Below are positions 21,603-32,072 of a DNA stretch of 64,000 nucleotides, in pieces (the first letter of the stretch is position 1; each line of letters opens with the position of its first letter). The notes beneath the pieces are model-generated. The model was given only the letters and a program-made list of their open reading frames with translations, made no database searches and was not told where the DNA came from. Both the position numbers and the translations under genes were made by a program. Origin of the DNA: Methanocaldococcus sp. 28A (GTDB lineage: Archaea > AGJL01 > Methanococci > Methanococcales > Methanocaldococcaceae). Location of the stretch: NCBI GenBank assembly GCA_049852185.1, contig CP187540.1; one strand, given 5' to 3'.

Positions 21603-22370
21603 TTAAAGATTAATCTCTTTAAATACTGGTTTTTCTTTTTCTACTCTTGCATATACTGAAATGTAATCTTTTATTCCACTCCATTTTATTTTCTCTCCCA
21701 AAACTTCCTGAATTTGGAATATTCCTGCTTCATTTGATAATATTATCTCTATTTTTATTGGCTTTTCATCTCCTTCTTTTATTTTAACTTTTTCTACTGC
21801 AGCAGCAGAAACTGAATGTATATCATAGCATTTTTTACATATTGGAACTCTTGACCTTCCTTTTGTCATATCTGTTCCATCTGCAACAGCTATAACTCCT
21901 GCCTCAATAGTTAAGCCCATAACTCCCTCACTATGGGAATAAATAGCATGTAAAACTTCAGTAGTCATTTGATAAGCTTTCTCCTCATTATAATACTTTT
22001 TTAATATATTTTCAACAATATCTAAAGCTAAGTATGCTGAATGTAAATGATGTATATCTCTGTGAACTGCATTTCCAATATCGTGGAGATAAGCTCCTAA
22101 AAGAGTTATAACTAAAGAATCTTCAAACGTTCCTTTGCAGTCTTTTACAAAACTTGGTTCTATTCCTTTTTTATGTAAAATTTTTAGCATCTTTATTGCA
22201 TTGTTTGCCACTATTTTAGCATGAGTTTTTCCGTGGTCGTTATAGCCTAATCTACCAACAGCCATTATATTTGACATTTTTAATAAAGTATTAACCTTTT
22301 TATTTTTAGTTAATTCATCATAAATCATTTTTGGAATGCCTTCTAATGAATTTAGCTCTTCATACTCCAT
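21603..22370 (-). CDS. HD-domain metal-dependent phosphohydrolase
   Basis: NDHGKTH, YLHDIGN, VADGTDM. Confidence 0.88.
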   Translation of the reverse strand: MEYEELNSLEGIPKMIYDELTKNKKVNTLLKMSNIMAVGRLGYNDHGKTHAKIVANNAIKMLKILHKKGIEPSFVKDCKGTFEDSLVITLLGAYLHDIGNAVHRDIHHLHSAYLALDIVENILKKYYNEEKAYQMTTEVLHAIYSHSEGVMGLTIEAGVIAVADGTDMTKGRSRVPICKKCYDIHSVSAAAVEKVKIKEGDEKPIKIEIILSNEAGIFQIQEVLGEKIKWSGIKDYISVYARVEKEKPVFKEINL

Positions 22371-22412
22371 GGTTCTCCCCATTGGACAAAAAATTTATTA
22401 AAAAATTTTTAT

Positions 22413-23477
22413 TTATTTTTTATCTTTTAGTTTTATCATTTCATCAAACAAAAACATCGTGTCGTGAGGTCCTGGTCTTGCTTCTGGGTGGAATTGAACT
22501 GAAAAGATAGGCAAATCTTTATGTTTAATACCTTCAACGGTCATATCGTTTAAATTTATAAAGCACACTTCAACGTCATCTGGTAAGCTCTCTTCCTTAA
22601 CAGCAAATCCATGGTTTTGGGAGGTTATATAAACTTTTTCAGTTTTTAGGTCTTTAACTGGCTGGTTTCCTCCTCTATGTCCAAACTTCATCTTGTATGT
22701 TTCTCCACCAAGTGCTAAGGCTAAAAGCTGGTTACCTAAACAAATTCCTGTTATTGGAACAATTCCAATTAAGTTTCTAATATTATCAATAACTTCTTTT
22801 AACCTTGCAGGGTCTCCTGGACCGTTAGAGATTAAAACAAAATCTGGATTATATTCTAAGATTTCATCATATTTTGTGTTGTATGGGACTTGAATAACTT
22901 CACAGTTTCTTTTTATAAGATTTCTTATTATATTTAATTTAACTCCACAATCAATTAGAACACATCTCGCTTTTGGATTCTCAACTTTATGAATTTTTGG
23001 TTCTTTTGTTGAAACTAAAGGAACTAAATCGATATCTGATATATCCTTATATTTTTTCACTTTCTCTAATAACTCAGATACTTCATCATCACTTATTTCT
23101 TCAGCAACCTTTAAACAGCTCTTAACAACCCCTTTATCTCTAATCTTTCTTGTTAAGAATCTTGTATCAATATCTTGAATCCCAGGGATATCATATTCCT
23201 TTAAAAAGTCATCCAAAGCTTTACTTGTAACTTCTCTAACAACAAAACCCTCTGCCTTTATTCCATCTGACTCAAACCAATCCTTTTTAACTCCATAATT
23301 CCCTTCCAATGGATACGTCATCATGACTATTTGTCCTTTATATGAAGGGTCTGTTAGAACTTCAACGTACCCAGTCATAACTGTTGTAAAAACTAACTCT
23401 CCAAAAACTTCCTTTTCTGCTCCAAAACCTTTTCCTTTTAAAATTGTCCCATCTTCTAAAACTAACACTGCCTCCAT
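22413..23477 (-). CDS. carA: Carbamoyl-phosphate synthase small subunit
   Basis: [30 protein letters not shown]. Confidence 0.97.
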   Translation of the reverse strand: MEAVLVLEDGTILKGKGFGAEKEVFGELVFTTVMTGYVEVLTDPSYKGQIVMMTYPLEGNYGVKKDWFESDGIKAEGFVVREVTSKALDDFLKEYDIPGIQDIDTRFLTRKIRDKGVVKSCLKVAEEISDDEVSELLEKVKKYKDISDIDLVPLVSTKEPKIHKVENPKARCVLIDCGVKLNIIRNLIKRNCEVIQVPYNTKYDEILEYNPDFVLISNGPGDPARLKEVIDNIRNLIGIVPITGICLGNQLLALALGGETYKMKFGHRGGNQPVKDLKTEKVYITSQNHGFAVKEESLPDDVEVCFINLNDMTVEGIKHKDLPIFSVQFHPEARPGPHDTMFLFDEMIKLKDKK

Positions 23478-23497
23478 ATATTTCACCAAAATACCTA

Positions 23498-23609
23498 TAT
23501 AGCTTTGTGCAAAATAAAATAAATTTTATAAGGAAAATTTGAATGCCTTCCTTTTGGAAGGCATTCATTAATGCCTTATTTATTATAACTACTTTTGCAC
23601 AAAGCTATA
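23498..23609. repeat. Palindromic repeat family A, copy 4
   Basis: TATAGCTTTGTGCAAAA...TTTTGCACAAAGCTATA; perfect inner stem GAATGCCTTCC-TTTT-GGAAGGCATTC. Confidence 0.92.
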
Positions 23610-23718
23610 AACTATCACATATATATATGATTGAGATAATCATCTATCTACTGCTTTAAGAAGATATTATCCATTTTATAATTTATGGTTGTTAATAATG
23701 ATGAAATGGTGAATAGGC

Positions 23719-25293
23719 ATGGTTAAGATATTGGTTACAGACCCTCTACATGAAGATGCTATAAAGATATTAGAAGAAGTTGGAGAGGTTGAGGTAGCAA
23801 CTAATTTAAGTAAAGAAGAATTATTAGAAAAAATTAAAGATGCAGATGTTTTGGTTGTTAGAAGTGGGACAAAAGTTACAAGGGATGTTATTGAGAAAGC
23901 TGAAAAATTAAAGGTTATTGGTAGAGCAGGGGTTGGAGTAGATAACATAGATGTTGAAGCAGCAACAGAAAAAGGGATTATAGTAGTTAATGCCCCTGAC
24001 GCTTCATCAATTTCAGTTGCAGAATTAACAATGGGATTAATGCTTGCTGCAGCGAGAAACATTCCTCAAGCAACAGCATCATTAAAAAGAGGAGAATGGG
24101 ATAGAAAGAGATTTAAAGGTATTGAATTGTATGGAAAAACACTTGGAGTTATTGGTTTAGGTAGAATAGGGCAACAAGTTGTTAAGAGAGCTAAGGCATT
24201 TGGAATGAATATTATAGGTTACGACCCTTACATTCCAAAGGAAGTTGCTGAAAGCATGGGAGTTGAGTTGATTGATGACATAAACGAGTTATGTAAGAGA
24301 GCTGATTTTATAACTTTGCATGTTCCATTAACACCAAAAACAAGACATATTATTGGAAAAGAGCAAATAGCTTTAATGAAAAAGAATGCTATAATTGTTA
24401 ATTGTGCAAGAGGAGGGCTTATAGACGAAAAAGCATTATATGAAGCTCTAAAAGAGAAAAGAATTAGAGCTGCTGCTTTGGATGTTTTTGAAGAAGAACC
24501 ACCAAAAGACAATCCATTATTGACATTAGATAATGTTATAGGAACTCCTCATCAAGGAGCTTCAACTGAAGAGGCTCAAAAAGCTGCTGGGACTATAGTA
24601 GCTGAGCAGATAAAGAAAGTTTTGAAAGGAGAATTAGCTGAGAATGTTGTAAATATGCCAAACATTCCTCAAGAAAAGTTAGGAAAGCTAAAGCCATATA
24701 TGTTATTGGCAGAAGTCCTTGGAAACATTGTCATGCAAGTGTTGGATGGCTCTGTTGGTAGAGTAGAGCTTATATACTCAGGAGAACTTGCTAAAGAAAA
24801 AACTGATTTAATAAAAAGAGCTTTCTTAAAAGGGCTATTATCTCCAATATTATTAGCTGGAATTAATTTAGTCAATGCCCCTGTTATAGCCAAAAATAGA
24901 AATATAAATGTGGTTGAAAGCACAACATCAGAAGAAAAATATGGAAATGCCATAAAAATTACTGCTGAAAGTGATAAGAAGAAATTCTCAATAGTTGGAG
25001 CTATTATAAATAACAAACCAGTTATCCTAGAAGTTGATGGATATGAAGTTAATTTTATCCCTGAAGGAGTTTTAGCAATCGTTAAACATATTGACAGACC
25101 TGGCACAATTGGTAAAGTTTGCATAACTTTAGGAGATTATGGAATAAACATTGCCAGTATGCAAGTTGGTAGAAAAGAACCTGGAGGAGAGAGCGTTATG
25201 CTATTAAACTTAGACCACGCAGTTCCTGATGAAGTTGTTGAAAAAATAAAAGAAATTCCAAATATTAAAGATATTGCAGTTGTTAATTTATAA
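23719..25293 (+). CDS. serA: D-3-phosphoglycerate dehydrogenase
   Basis: [31 protein letters not shown]-terminal ACT domain. Confidence 0.97.
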   Translation: MVKILVTDPLHEDAIKILEEVGEVEVATNLSKEELLEKIKDADVLVVRSGTKVTRDVIEKAEKLKVIGRAGVGVDNIDVEAATEKGIIVVNAPDASSISVAELTMGLMLAAARNIPQATASLKRGEWDRKRFKGIELYGKTLGVIGLGRIGQQVVKRAKAFGMNIIGYDPYIPKEVAESMGVELIDDINELCKRADFITLHVPLTPKTRHIIGKEQIALMKKNAIIVNCARGGLIDEKALYEALKEKRIRAAALDVFEEEPPKDNPLLTLDNVIGTPHQGASTEEAQKAAGTIVAEQIKKVLKGELAENVVNMPNIPQEKLGKLKPYMLLAEVLGNIVMQVLDGSVGRVELIYSGELAKEKTDLIKRAFLKGLLSPILLAGINLVNAPVIAKNRNINVVESTTSEEKYGNAIKITAESDKKKFSIVGAIINNKPVILEVDGYEVNFIPEGVLAIVKHIDRPGTIGKVCITLGDYGINIASMQVGRKEPGGESVMLLNLDHAVPDEVVEKIKEIPNIKDIAVVNL

Positions 25294-25419
25294 AAATTAA
25301 AAATTAATATTAATAATACTTTTTTATATCTGACAGTGTGAATTAACGAAAAGAGTCTCAAAAGCATAAACCAGGAATAGGATGAGGTTAAATAATTTAT
25401 TAAAAACGGTGATACTTGT

Positions 25420-25560
25420 ATGTTAGTAGCATTTGATGATATACTGGTTGATTCTATATATAGTTTAGGGATATGTTCTTAGTATGGAGTAGTGGGACAT
25501 TAACGCCACAGATGCGGGAGAGAATTAGGGGTCAAGAGGGGCAGTTATTATCGAATTTAC
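25420..25560 (+). pseudogene. Heavily decayed TnpB-like C-terminal fragment
   Basis: Reads ILVDSIYSLGICS*YGVVGH*RHRCGRE, resembling the TnpB VxVxPxxTSxxCSxCG...CxxCG zinc finger. Confidence 0.4.
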
Positions 25561-25733
25561 TCAATGGGAGGAGCTGGGGTTCTCTCGGAGCGAAGCGACG
25601 AGAACTTAAAAACCGTAAGGTTTTTATGTCCATGACAGGGGCAGAAACCTAAGCCAATGTATCCAGAGGGTTGATGACGCCCAAGTCCAACGTGGATTTA
25701 TATATAATTGTCCATGTTGGACAGACCCCTCAC
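25526..25733 (+). ncRNA. GC-rich structured RNA, probable IS200/IS605 right-end (omega/sot, HgcC-like) RNA
   Basis: GC island in AT-rich DNA; stems GTTCTC..GAGAAC, AAAAACC-GTAA-GGTTTTT (GNRA loop), GTCCAACGTGGA..TCCATGTTGGAC (G.U pair); ends in CCCCTCAC. Confidence 0.6.
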
Positions 25734-25789
25734 CATAGGCTCATCTCCAAAGCAAATAGAATTTGGTAAGCAGAGATAATTCAGATATA

Positions 25790-26213
25790 CTCATGTAATT
25801 TTTGTCTCATTTTCTGATTTTATTAGATTTTCAGATATTTCAATCAATTCATCTATAGTTCATATTTCTTTCTCAATTTGCTCTCTTTTTATTGAGATTG
25901 GAATTGTTTCCATCTTTAATCCTCTTTTTCATCTTTCTTTTTCTTCTTCATCATCTAATTCCAATAAATCATAGATAGTAATTTGATTATACTCTTCAAA
26001 CTCTCCATTTTTAAGAACTTCTTGTAATATAGATTTTCTTCTTTTAAGCTATTTTAACAAAGCATAGAGGCTTGATATAAATATCCTCTAAAGAATTATT
26101 AGTGGAAATACTATATTCCTACAATTACTTTGGAGCATGGTGTATTGGTCTCTTATATATTTAGATATGTCATTATACAAATCTATTTCATCATATGTAA
26201 TATCCAGTAACCT
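25790..26213 (-). pseudogene. SNF2-family helicase fragment with multiple in-frame stops
   Basis: One continuous frame: ITYDEIDLYNDISKYIRDQY..RNIVFPLIIL*RIFISSLYALLK*LKRRK..DDEEEKER*..EQIEKEI*TIDELI, matching the LY..V..Y / LQRR.ASS..AL..SL.RR inter-domain region of SNF2 helicases. Confidence 0.65.
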
Positions 26214-26370
26214 TTAATGTATCTTCAGAGCTATGTATAATATCTACAATAAATAGTTCTTTTAATTTTGGACTTTTAAGAATACAACCATGTTGTATTT
26301 TTATGTCTATAATCAACTCTCGTTGAGGTTAATTATATAATTTGGCATATATACCTATATTCCTACCTTG

Positions 26371-26388
26371 CGATTTTAGACGCACTCT
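26371..26388. mobile_element. Isolated IS terminal inverted repeat
   Basis: CGATTTTAGACGCACTCT matches the ends at 13229-13248 and, inverted, 61107-61124. Confidence 0.5.
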
Positions 26389-26515
26389 GCAATTGTTGCT
26401 ATCTAAGACACTATAACTTTAAATCAAAAATTGGCTGTAAATTTTAAATTTATCAAGTTTAAAAAATGAGGAAAAGATTTTTATATTATTGTTTAATTAT
26501 TTTACTACTAACAAA

Positions 26516-26602
26516 TATAGTTGTGTGCAAAATAAAATAAACTTTTATAATGACAATTACTAATTCCTTACTTTAATTAAGATGCTTTTGCACACAACTA
26601 TA
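26516..26602. repeat. Family A repeat, internally deleted copy (87 bp)
   Basis: Intact termini, central GC hairpin missing. Confidence 0.88.
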
Positions 26603-26615
26603 ATTAGCTTAAGAG

Positions 26616-26966
26616 GTGACTGTTATGGAATTACCACCACAAATTCAAGCTCAATTAATGCAATTACAACAATTACAACAACAATTACAAATGATTTTAA
26701 TGCAAAAGCAAAGTGTTGAAGCTGAATTAAAAGAAAGTAAAAAAGCTTTAGAAGAATTAGAAAAATCTACAAGTGATGAGGTTTATAAATTAGTTGGTGG
26801 ATTATTTGTTAAAAGAAAAAAAGATGAAGTTAAAAAAGAACTTGAAGAGAAAGTAGAAACATTAGAGTTGAGAGTAAAAACATTAGAAAAACAAGAGGAG
26901 AAATTACAATCAAGATTAAAAGAATTGCAGGAAAAATTACAAAAAATGATACCTGCAGCACAGTAA
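26616..26966 (+). CDS. pfdB: Prefoldin beta subunit
   Basis: MELPPQIQ..Q-rich coil, [11 protein letters not shown] hairpin, second coil. Confidence 0.93.
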   Translation: MTVMELPPQIQAQLMQLQQLQQQLQMILMQKQSVEAELKESKKALEELEKSTSDEVYKLVGGLFVKRKKDEVKKELEEKVETLELRVKTLEKQEEKLQSRLKELQEKLQKMIPAAQ

Positions 26967-27116
26967 ATTAATTTTTTCTTTATTTTCCTTTTCAATTTTA
27001 TTATTTTTGGATTTTTAAGCTTTAAATTATGATTATTTTTAATATGCCTTTAGAGTCAATTTTCTTTTTAACATTTATTCCTACAAGTCCTTTTAATTTT
27101 ATTTATGGTGAGCAAA

Positions 27117-28106
27117 ATGAAGTTATTAGATTATTTAAAAAGAGATGAGATTCTTTTTTTATGCCATCATAATGCAGACCCTGATGCAATAGGAAGCTGT
27201 GTAGCTTTAAAATATTTAGCATCTCAATTAAATCCAAATGGAAAGTTTAGAATTTCAGCAGATTCTGTTAGTAAGATTTCAAGAAATATTTTAAATGAGA
27301 TAGGAGAGAGTGTTGATATAGAGCTTTATCCTAAATTGCCAAAAACAGTTTTTATAGTAGATACTGCCTCAATAAATCAATTAAAGATTAATTTTGATGA
27401 ATTAAAAGAGAGAGAGGTTATTTTAATAGACCACCATAAAAAAACTGATTTAGCTGATATTTGCAAATACTACCTAATTAGAGATGATTATCCATCAACA
27501 TCTGAAATTATAGCTGAAATTTTTAAAGAATTACATATTTTTCCACCAAAAAATATTAGAATTGCCCTATTGTGTGGAATTGTATATGATACGAAGCATT
27601 TAAAGTTAGCTAACTCAAGAACATTTGAGTTAATAAGTTATCTAATAAAAGATATAAGTTTTCAGAAAATTCTCTATCTATTGTCTCAAGAGATTGATTT
27701 TAGTAAGAGAACAGCCCACTTAAAGGCATGTAGTAGAATGGAAATAAGAGAGTTTGATAAGCTTAAAATAGCGTTATCTCATGTTAGCTCCTATGAAGCT
27801 TCATGTGCAAAAACTATAGTGAGTATAGGGGCAGATATAGCTTTTGTTGTAGCTGTTAGAAAAAAAGAGAAAGAAATTAGAGTTAGTGCAAGATGTAGAA
27901 AACATGTTTCTAAATATGTGCATTTAGGTAATTTGATGGAAAAGATTGGGAAAGAGTTGGGGGGTAGTGGAGGAGGCCATAGTGAAGCTGGGGGATTAAA
28001 TGCACCTTATGATAATAATAAAAGTAAAGATAAAGTTATAAAAGAGGTTTTAGATATCTGCTATAAAAGATTTGTAGAAGAGTATAAAAAAGCAAAAAAT
28101 AAATAA
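27117..28106 (+). CDS. DHH/DHHA1 family phosphoesterase
   Basis: HHNADPDAIGS, IDHH, GGGHSEAGG. Confidence 0.92.
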   Translation: MKLLDYLKRDEILFLCHHNADPDAIGSCVALKYLASQLNPNGKFRISADSVSKISRNILNEIGESVDIELYPKLPKTVFIVDTASINQLKINFDELKEREVILIDHHKKTDLADICKYYLIRDDYPSTSEIIAEIFKELHIFPPKNIRIALLCGIVYDTKHLKLANSRTFELISYLIKDISFQKILYLLSQEIDFSKRTAHLKACSRMEIREFDKLKIALSHVSSYEASCAKTIVSIGADIAFVVAVRKKEKEIRVSARCRKHVSKYVHLGNLMEKIGKELGGSGGGHSEAGGLNAPYDNNKSKDKVIKEVLDICYKRFVEEYKKAKNK

Positions 28107-28107
28107 T

Positions 28108-28452
28108 TTAGAATGTAACAACGTTATCACTTTCTTTGACAAAAGCTATTAAATCGTGCATTGTAGCTAATTTTACACCTTCAATTAAGTCATCTTCTTT
28201 TAAACCTCTTGCTTTACAACAAGGTCCGCAAACCTTAACTGTAGCTCCAAGTTCAATAGCATTTTTCAACAACTCTAAATAATTAGGTACATCTGAAGGA
28301 TTTTGGTCTTTTTTAGCAACATATACCCCATTTTCAATCAAGAAGATATTTACATCAATCCCTTCTAATAGAGCGGTTAATGCAAATCTTAATGCGGAAT
28401 AAGCTCTTTCCTTACCATAAGGAGCCTCTGTAATAATTACAGTAAATTTCAT
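28108..28452 (-). CDS. DsrE/TusD family sulfur relay protein
   Basis: APYGKERAYSALR, CGPCCKARG. Confidence 0.88.
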   Translation of the reverse strand: MKFTVIITEAPYGKERAYSALRFALTALLEGIDVNIFLIENGVYVAKKDQNPSDVPNYLELLKNAIELGATVKVCGPCCKARGLKEDDLIEGVKLATMHDLIAFVKESDNVVTF

Positions 28453-28468
28453 ACTTTCACCCAACTAT

Positions 28469-28684
28469 TTATTTTTTAATAACAATTCTAAATCCATTTT
28501 CTGTTTCTTCAGCAGAAACTATAGTATATCCATTATTTTCAGCAAATCTTTTTATATTTTCTAATGCAGGTTTGTAATCTCCAACAACTTCTAACTCTTC
28601 TCCTTCATTTAATTCTTCTAAAGCTTTTTTTGTTTTTAAAACTGGAACTGGACAGATGTCCCCTGTAACATCAAGTTTTCTCAT
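28469..28684 (-). CDS. TusA/SirA family sulfurtransferase
   Basis: LDVTGDICPVP motif. Confidence 0.9.
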   Translation of the reverse strand: MRKLDVTGDICPVPVLKTKKALEELNEGEELEVVGDYKPALENIKRFAENNGYTIVSAEETENGFRIVIKK

Positions 28685-29460
28685 ATCCCTCACCATTAAA
28701 TTTTTAATAGAATTGATATTAATATAATGTATAAAAAATTAATCTAAAAAAATTTTAATTGCTCATTAAGTTATTAGATTTTTTAATATCTAAGTTTATT
28801 TAGTTAGATATTTTCCCATTATAATCAACTTTATAACCTATCAAAGAGAAATCTGCGTTTTAAACAAAATCCTTTAGATTTTATAGCTCGAACCTTAGGT
28901 TCGATTTCCTTACTAAACGCTCTTTCTTTTATTCGAATCTTCGAGGATAAAGATTACATTAGAGAATAATCGGGATACTTAAGTAGTTAAGTTATGTAAA
29001 AGACATAAACTCTATTTTTTTTCTTTTCTCTAACTGACGTTATGATAGTCTTTTCTTTATTAGACTACACTTTTTAATTACTTTATAGGTAAGGTATATT
29101 ATATTTATTGCTTAAATATTCTATACGATACGATTGTGAATAACCACTACAAATTTAACAAAACCGATTATTGCTTTTTGAGGTTAGATAATTACTTAAC
29201 TGTCGTTCTATCAATCCCTAACTATGACATCCCTTTAATCGTCTTTATTGGCGTTAATGTACCCACTACCCAATACTTCGCCATCTGTTTATATAGAGAT
29301 GTAAAAAAATTGAAAAAAATCATTAGAAGGCTATAAAACGGTGTGATATAAAGGAATTATTTATAAATATACTATAGAGCAAATGGAAAAGAGAAAAAAG
29401 CATGAAAAAGATATAAATAAAATGAATAATTAAAAACAATAAATAAAAATCTGGGAAAGG

Positions 29461-30828
29461 ATGAAAGTTATTAGAGATTCCATTCACAAAGATATATATT
29501 TGGATGAAAACGAATTAAAGATTGTTGATAGTGAGGAATTTCAGAGATTGAGAAACATAAAACAAACAGGTTTAACACACTTAGTTTATCCGTCAGCAAA
29601 TCATACAAGATTTTAGCATTCTTTAGGAACTATGTTTATTGCTTCAAAAATAGCAGAGAAAATTAATGCAGATGTTGAACTTACAAGAGTTTCAGCATTA
29701 TTACACGATATAGGGCATCCTCCATTTTCTCACACCTTGGAAATTTGTGGCTACAACCATGAAAATTTTGGTAGAAAGAAAATTAAACACATGGATTTTG
29801 AAAATTTTTCAAAAAATGAAATTATAAAAACTCTAAGTAAGAAAAATTTAGAAGGAAAAATAATTTCAGGAGATGTGGATGCAGATAGAATGGATTATTT
29901 GTTAAGAGATAGTTATCACACTGGAACAGCTTATGGAATGATTGATTTACCAAGGATTTTGAGAGCAATAACAACATTTGAACATTTTGGAAAGATTAAA
30001 TTAGGAATTTTAAAGAAAGGTATTCAGGCAATTGAATCATTATTAGTAGCGAGGCATCAAATGTATTCAGCTGTTTATATGCATCCAACAGTTAGAATAG
30101 CTGATACAATGATGAAAAGGGCAGTTATAAAAGAAATACGAGAAAAAAATTTAAATATAAAAGATTTAGCCAATATGGATGATATTACTTTAGTGGCATT
30201 TTTAAGAAACTCTAACAACTATTTGATGGAAAGAATAGACAAAAGAAATCTTTATAAAAATCTTATAACCTATGGATATTTTGATTTGAATCCAATAGAA
30301 AAATGGATTTTTGTTAATTTAGATGAAAAACATATATTATCATTGGAAAATAAATTTTATGAGGAATTTGGATGCGATATATTTATTGACATCTATCCAA
30401 TTCCTAAAATGGAAGAGCATAATGTCTATATAATTTTAGATGAAGGAGTTAAGAGATTAGATGAAGTTTCTCCATTAGCTCAGAGCTTAAAACCATCTGA
30501 AATGAGGTTGTGGAATATCTCCATTTATGCACCAAAAGAAAAAATTAAAGAGCTTAAAGAGAACAATATAAAGGATAGAATAAATAAAATCTTAAAAGAA
30601 TTGGATATGAAGGTTGAGAGTAAGTTAATAGATATTTTAAAAGAATATGGCTCAATTAAAGGTAAAGGAAGATTTTCAGAGCTTGCAAAAGAAAAAGGTA
30701 TGTCCCCAAAAGAGTTTTACAATGAATTACATAAACTTATATTTTGTGGTTTGATAAAAGAGAAATTTAATAGGAGAAAATACATTTATAGCTTAAATTC
30801 TTTTTTGCAAAAAAATAAATATTCATAA
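29461..30828 (+). pseudogene. HD-superfamily dNTP triphosphohydrolase-like protein interrupted by an in-frame TAG (29614-29616)
   Basis: MKVIRDSIH..FQRLRNIKQ..VYPSANHTRF*HSLG, in frame with the 398-aa ORF (LLHDIGHPPFSH, DADRMDY). Confidence 0.85.
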
Positions 30829-31365
30829 ACCTAAAAATCCTCTTCCTATTAAATGAGATATCCTTAAACATTCTGGAAATTTACTTTTAAGCCGTGTTTT
30901 TTTAATAACATTTTTAACAAAATCTATATCAGCTCCTATATATTGCACATAAATATTGTCAATTCTTTCTGGCTCTGGGAAGCTGTTTATAAGCTCTATT
31001 CTCTCATCTGCATCATTAAAGTATTTTTTAAGAGCTGAGAATATCTTCTTTTTATTTGGATATTTATCTATAACTACAACAACTGGTTTTTTTGTCTCTT
31101 TATTTATTTTCCATAAATTGGCTATATTAAACCCTCCAAATGTTATTCCTGATAAAAAAATTACTTTTATTTTTTGATAATGCTTTTCTTTAATAATATC
31201 TATTATCTTCTCTGTAACATCCATTCCATCCCTTTTAAATTTTCTAAAATAAATGCCATCTATTATTTTATTCCCTCTCATATATGTGCCTATCAAAATA
31301 CACTCTTTGTCTGTTCTATTAAAAGGAGCATCATCAAAACCTATAACCTCTATTTCATCTTTCAT
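30823..31365 (-). CDS. DUF99 family (endonuclease V-like) protein
   Basis: IGFDDAPF, DGMDVT, GITFGGFN, PECLRISH. Confidence 0.85.
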   Translation of the reverse strand: MKDEIEVIGFDDAPFNRTDKECILIGTYMRGNKIIDGIYFRKFKRDGMDVTEKIIDIIKEKHYQKIKVIFLSGITFGGFNIANLWKINKETKKPVVVVIDKYPNKKKIFSALKKYFNDADERIELINSFPEPERIDNIYVQYIGADIDFVKNVIKKTRLKSKFPECLRISHLIGRGFLGL

Positions 31366-31458
31366 ATATACCACAAATTTTAAATATACCTCCATATATT
31401 CATTAATGACGTCATATTTAATTAGTATCTTATTAATATTTTTTGTTATTGTGAGAGT

Positions 31459-31974
31459 ATGAATAAAAAATGTTTTTGCATATGTGGGAAAATATTTGCC
31501 TTAAATTTGTATGGAAAAAGATATTCTAAAAAAATCATAAAAAAGAGAGATTTAAAAAAATATAAGCTATATCTTCATCCTGCAGTTGCAGTTGATGGAA
31601 TTATAGTGAAAGATAATAAAATTCTATTAATAAAAAGAAAGAACAATCCATTTAAAGGCTGTTATGCCCTTCCAGGAGGATTTGTTGAATGTGGAGAAAC
31701 TGTTAAAGAGGCAGTTGTTAGAGAAATTAGAGAAGAAACTGGTTTAATCACAAAGGTAAAAAGTTTATTAGGTGTTTATTCTTCACCAGATAGAGACCCA
31801 AGAGGGCATGTTATCTCCATCGTCTTTATATTAGATGTTATAGGAGGAGAATTAAAAGCAGGAGATGATGCAAAAGAGGCAGAGTTTTTTGATTTAAATA
31901 ATCTTCCCAAATTAGCTTTTGACCATAAAAAAATAATTGAAGATTATAGTTATGTGCAAAACTATCTTAAATAA
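31459..31974 (+). CDS. Nudix hydrolase (ADP-ribose pyrophosphatase)
   Basis: Nudix box GGFVECGETVKEAVVREIREETG, RDPRGH, LAFDH. Confidence 0.92.
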   Translation: MNKKCFCICGKIFALNLYGKRYSKKIIKKRDLKKYKLYLHPAVAVDGIIVKDNKILLIKRKNNPFKGCYALPGGFVECGETVKEAVVREIREETGLITKVKSLLGVYSSPDRDPRGHVISIVFILDVIGGELKAGDDAKEAEFFDLNNLPKLAFDHKKIIEDYSYVQNYLK

Positions 31975-32058
31975 AATAAGGTATTAAAGAATACTCCATA
32001 AGGAAGGCATTCAAATTGTCCTTATAATAGTTTATTTTATTTTGCACACAACTCTATA
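31945..32058. repeat. Family A repeat inserted in the Nudix gene 3' end
   Basis: TATAGTTATGTGCAAAA...TTTTGCACACAACT; near reverse complement of 12849-12960. Confidence 0.9.
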
Positions 32059-32072
32059 TATGAGGTGGAAAA

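Noticed and set aside
25526-25733. GC island considered as RNase P RNA, SRP RNA or tRNA
   Set aside because: It lacks the GAGGAAGTTC..C P4 motif, the SRP helix 8 motif and a cloverleaf with GTTCRA.
26654-26690. CAATTACAA short tandem repeat
   Set aside because: It encodes the normal [10 protein letters not shown] coiled coil of prefoldin beta.
29136-29336. 66-aa ORF
   Set aside because: No RBS or recognisable motif; lies in a degenerate region.
29614-29616. Pyrrolysine at the in-frame TAG
   Set aside because: The position is a conserved Glu one substitution away, and no pyl genes are seen here or known for this lineage.
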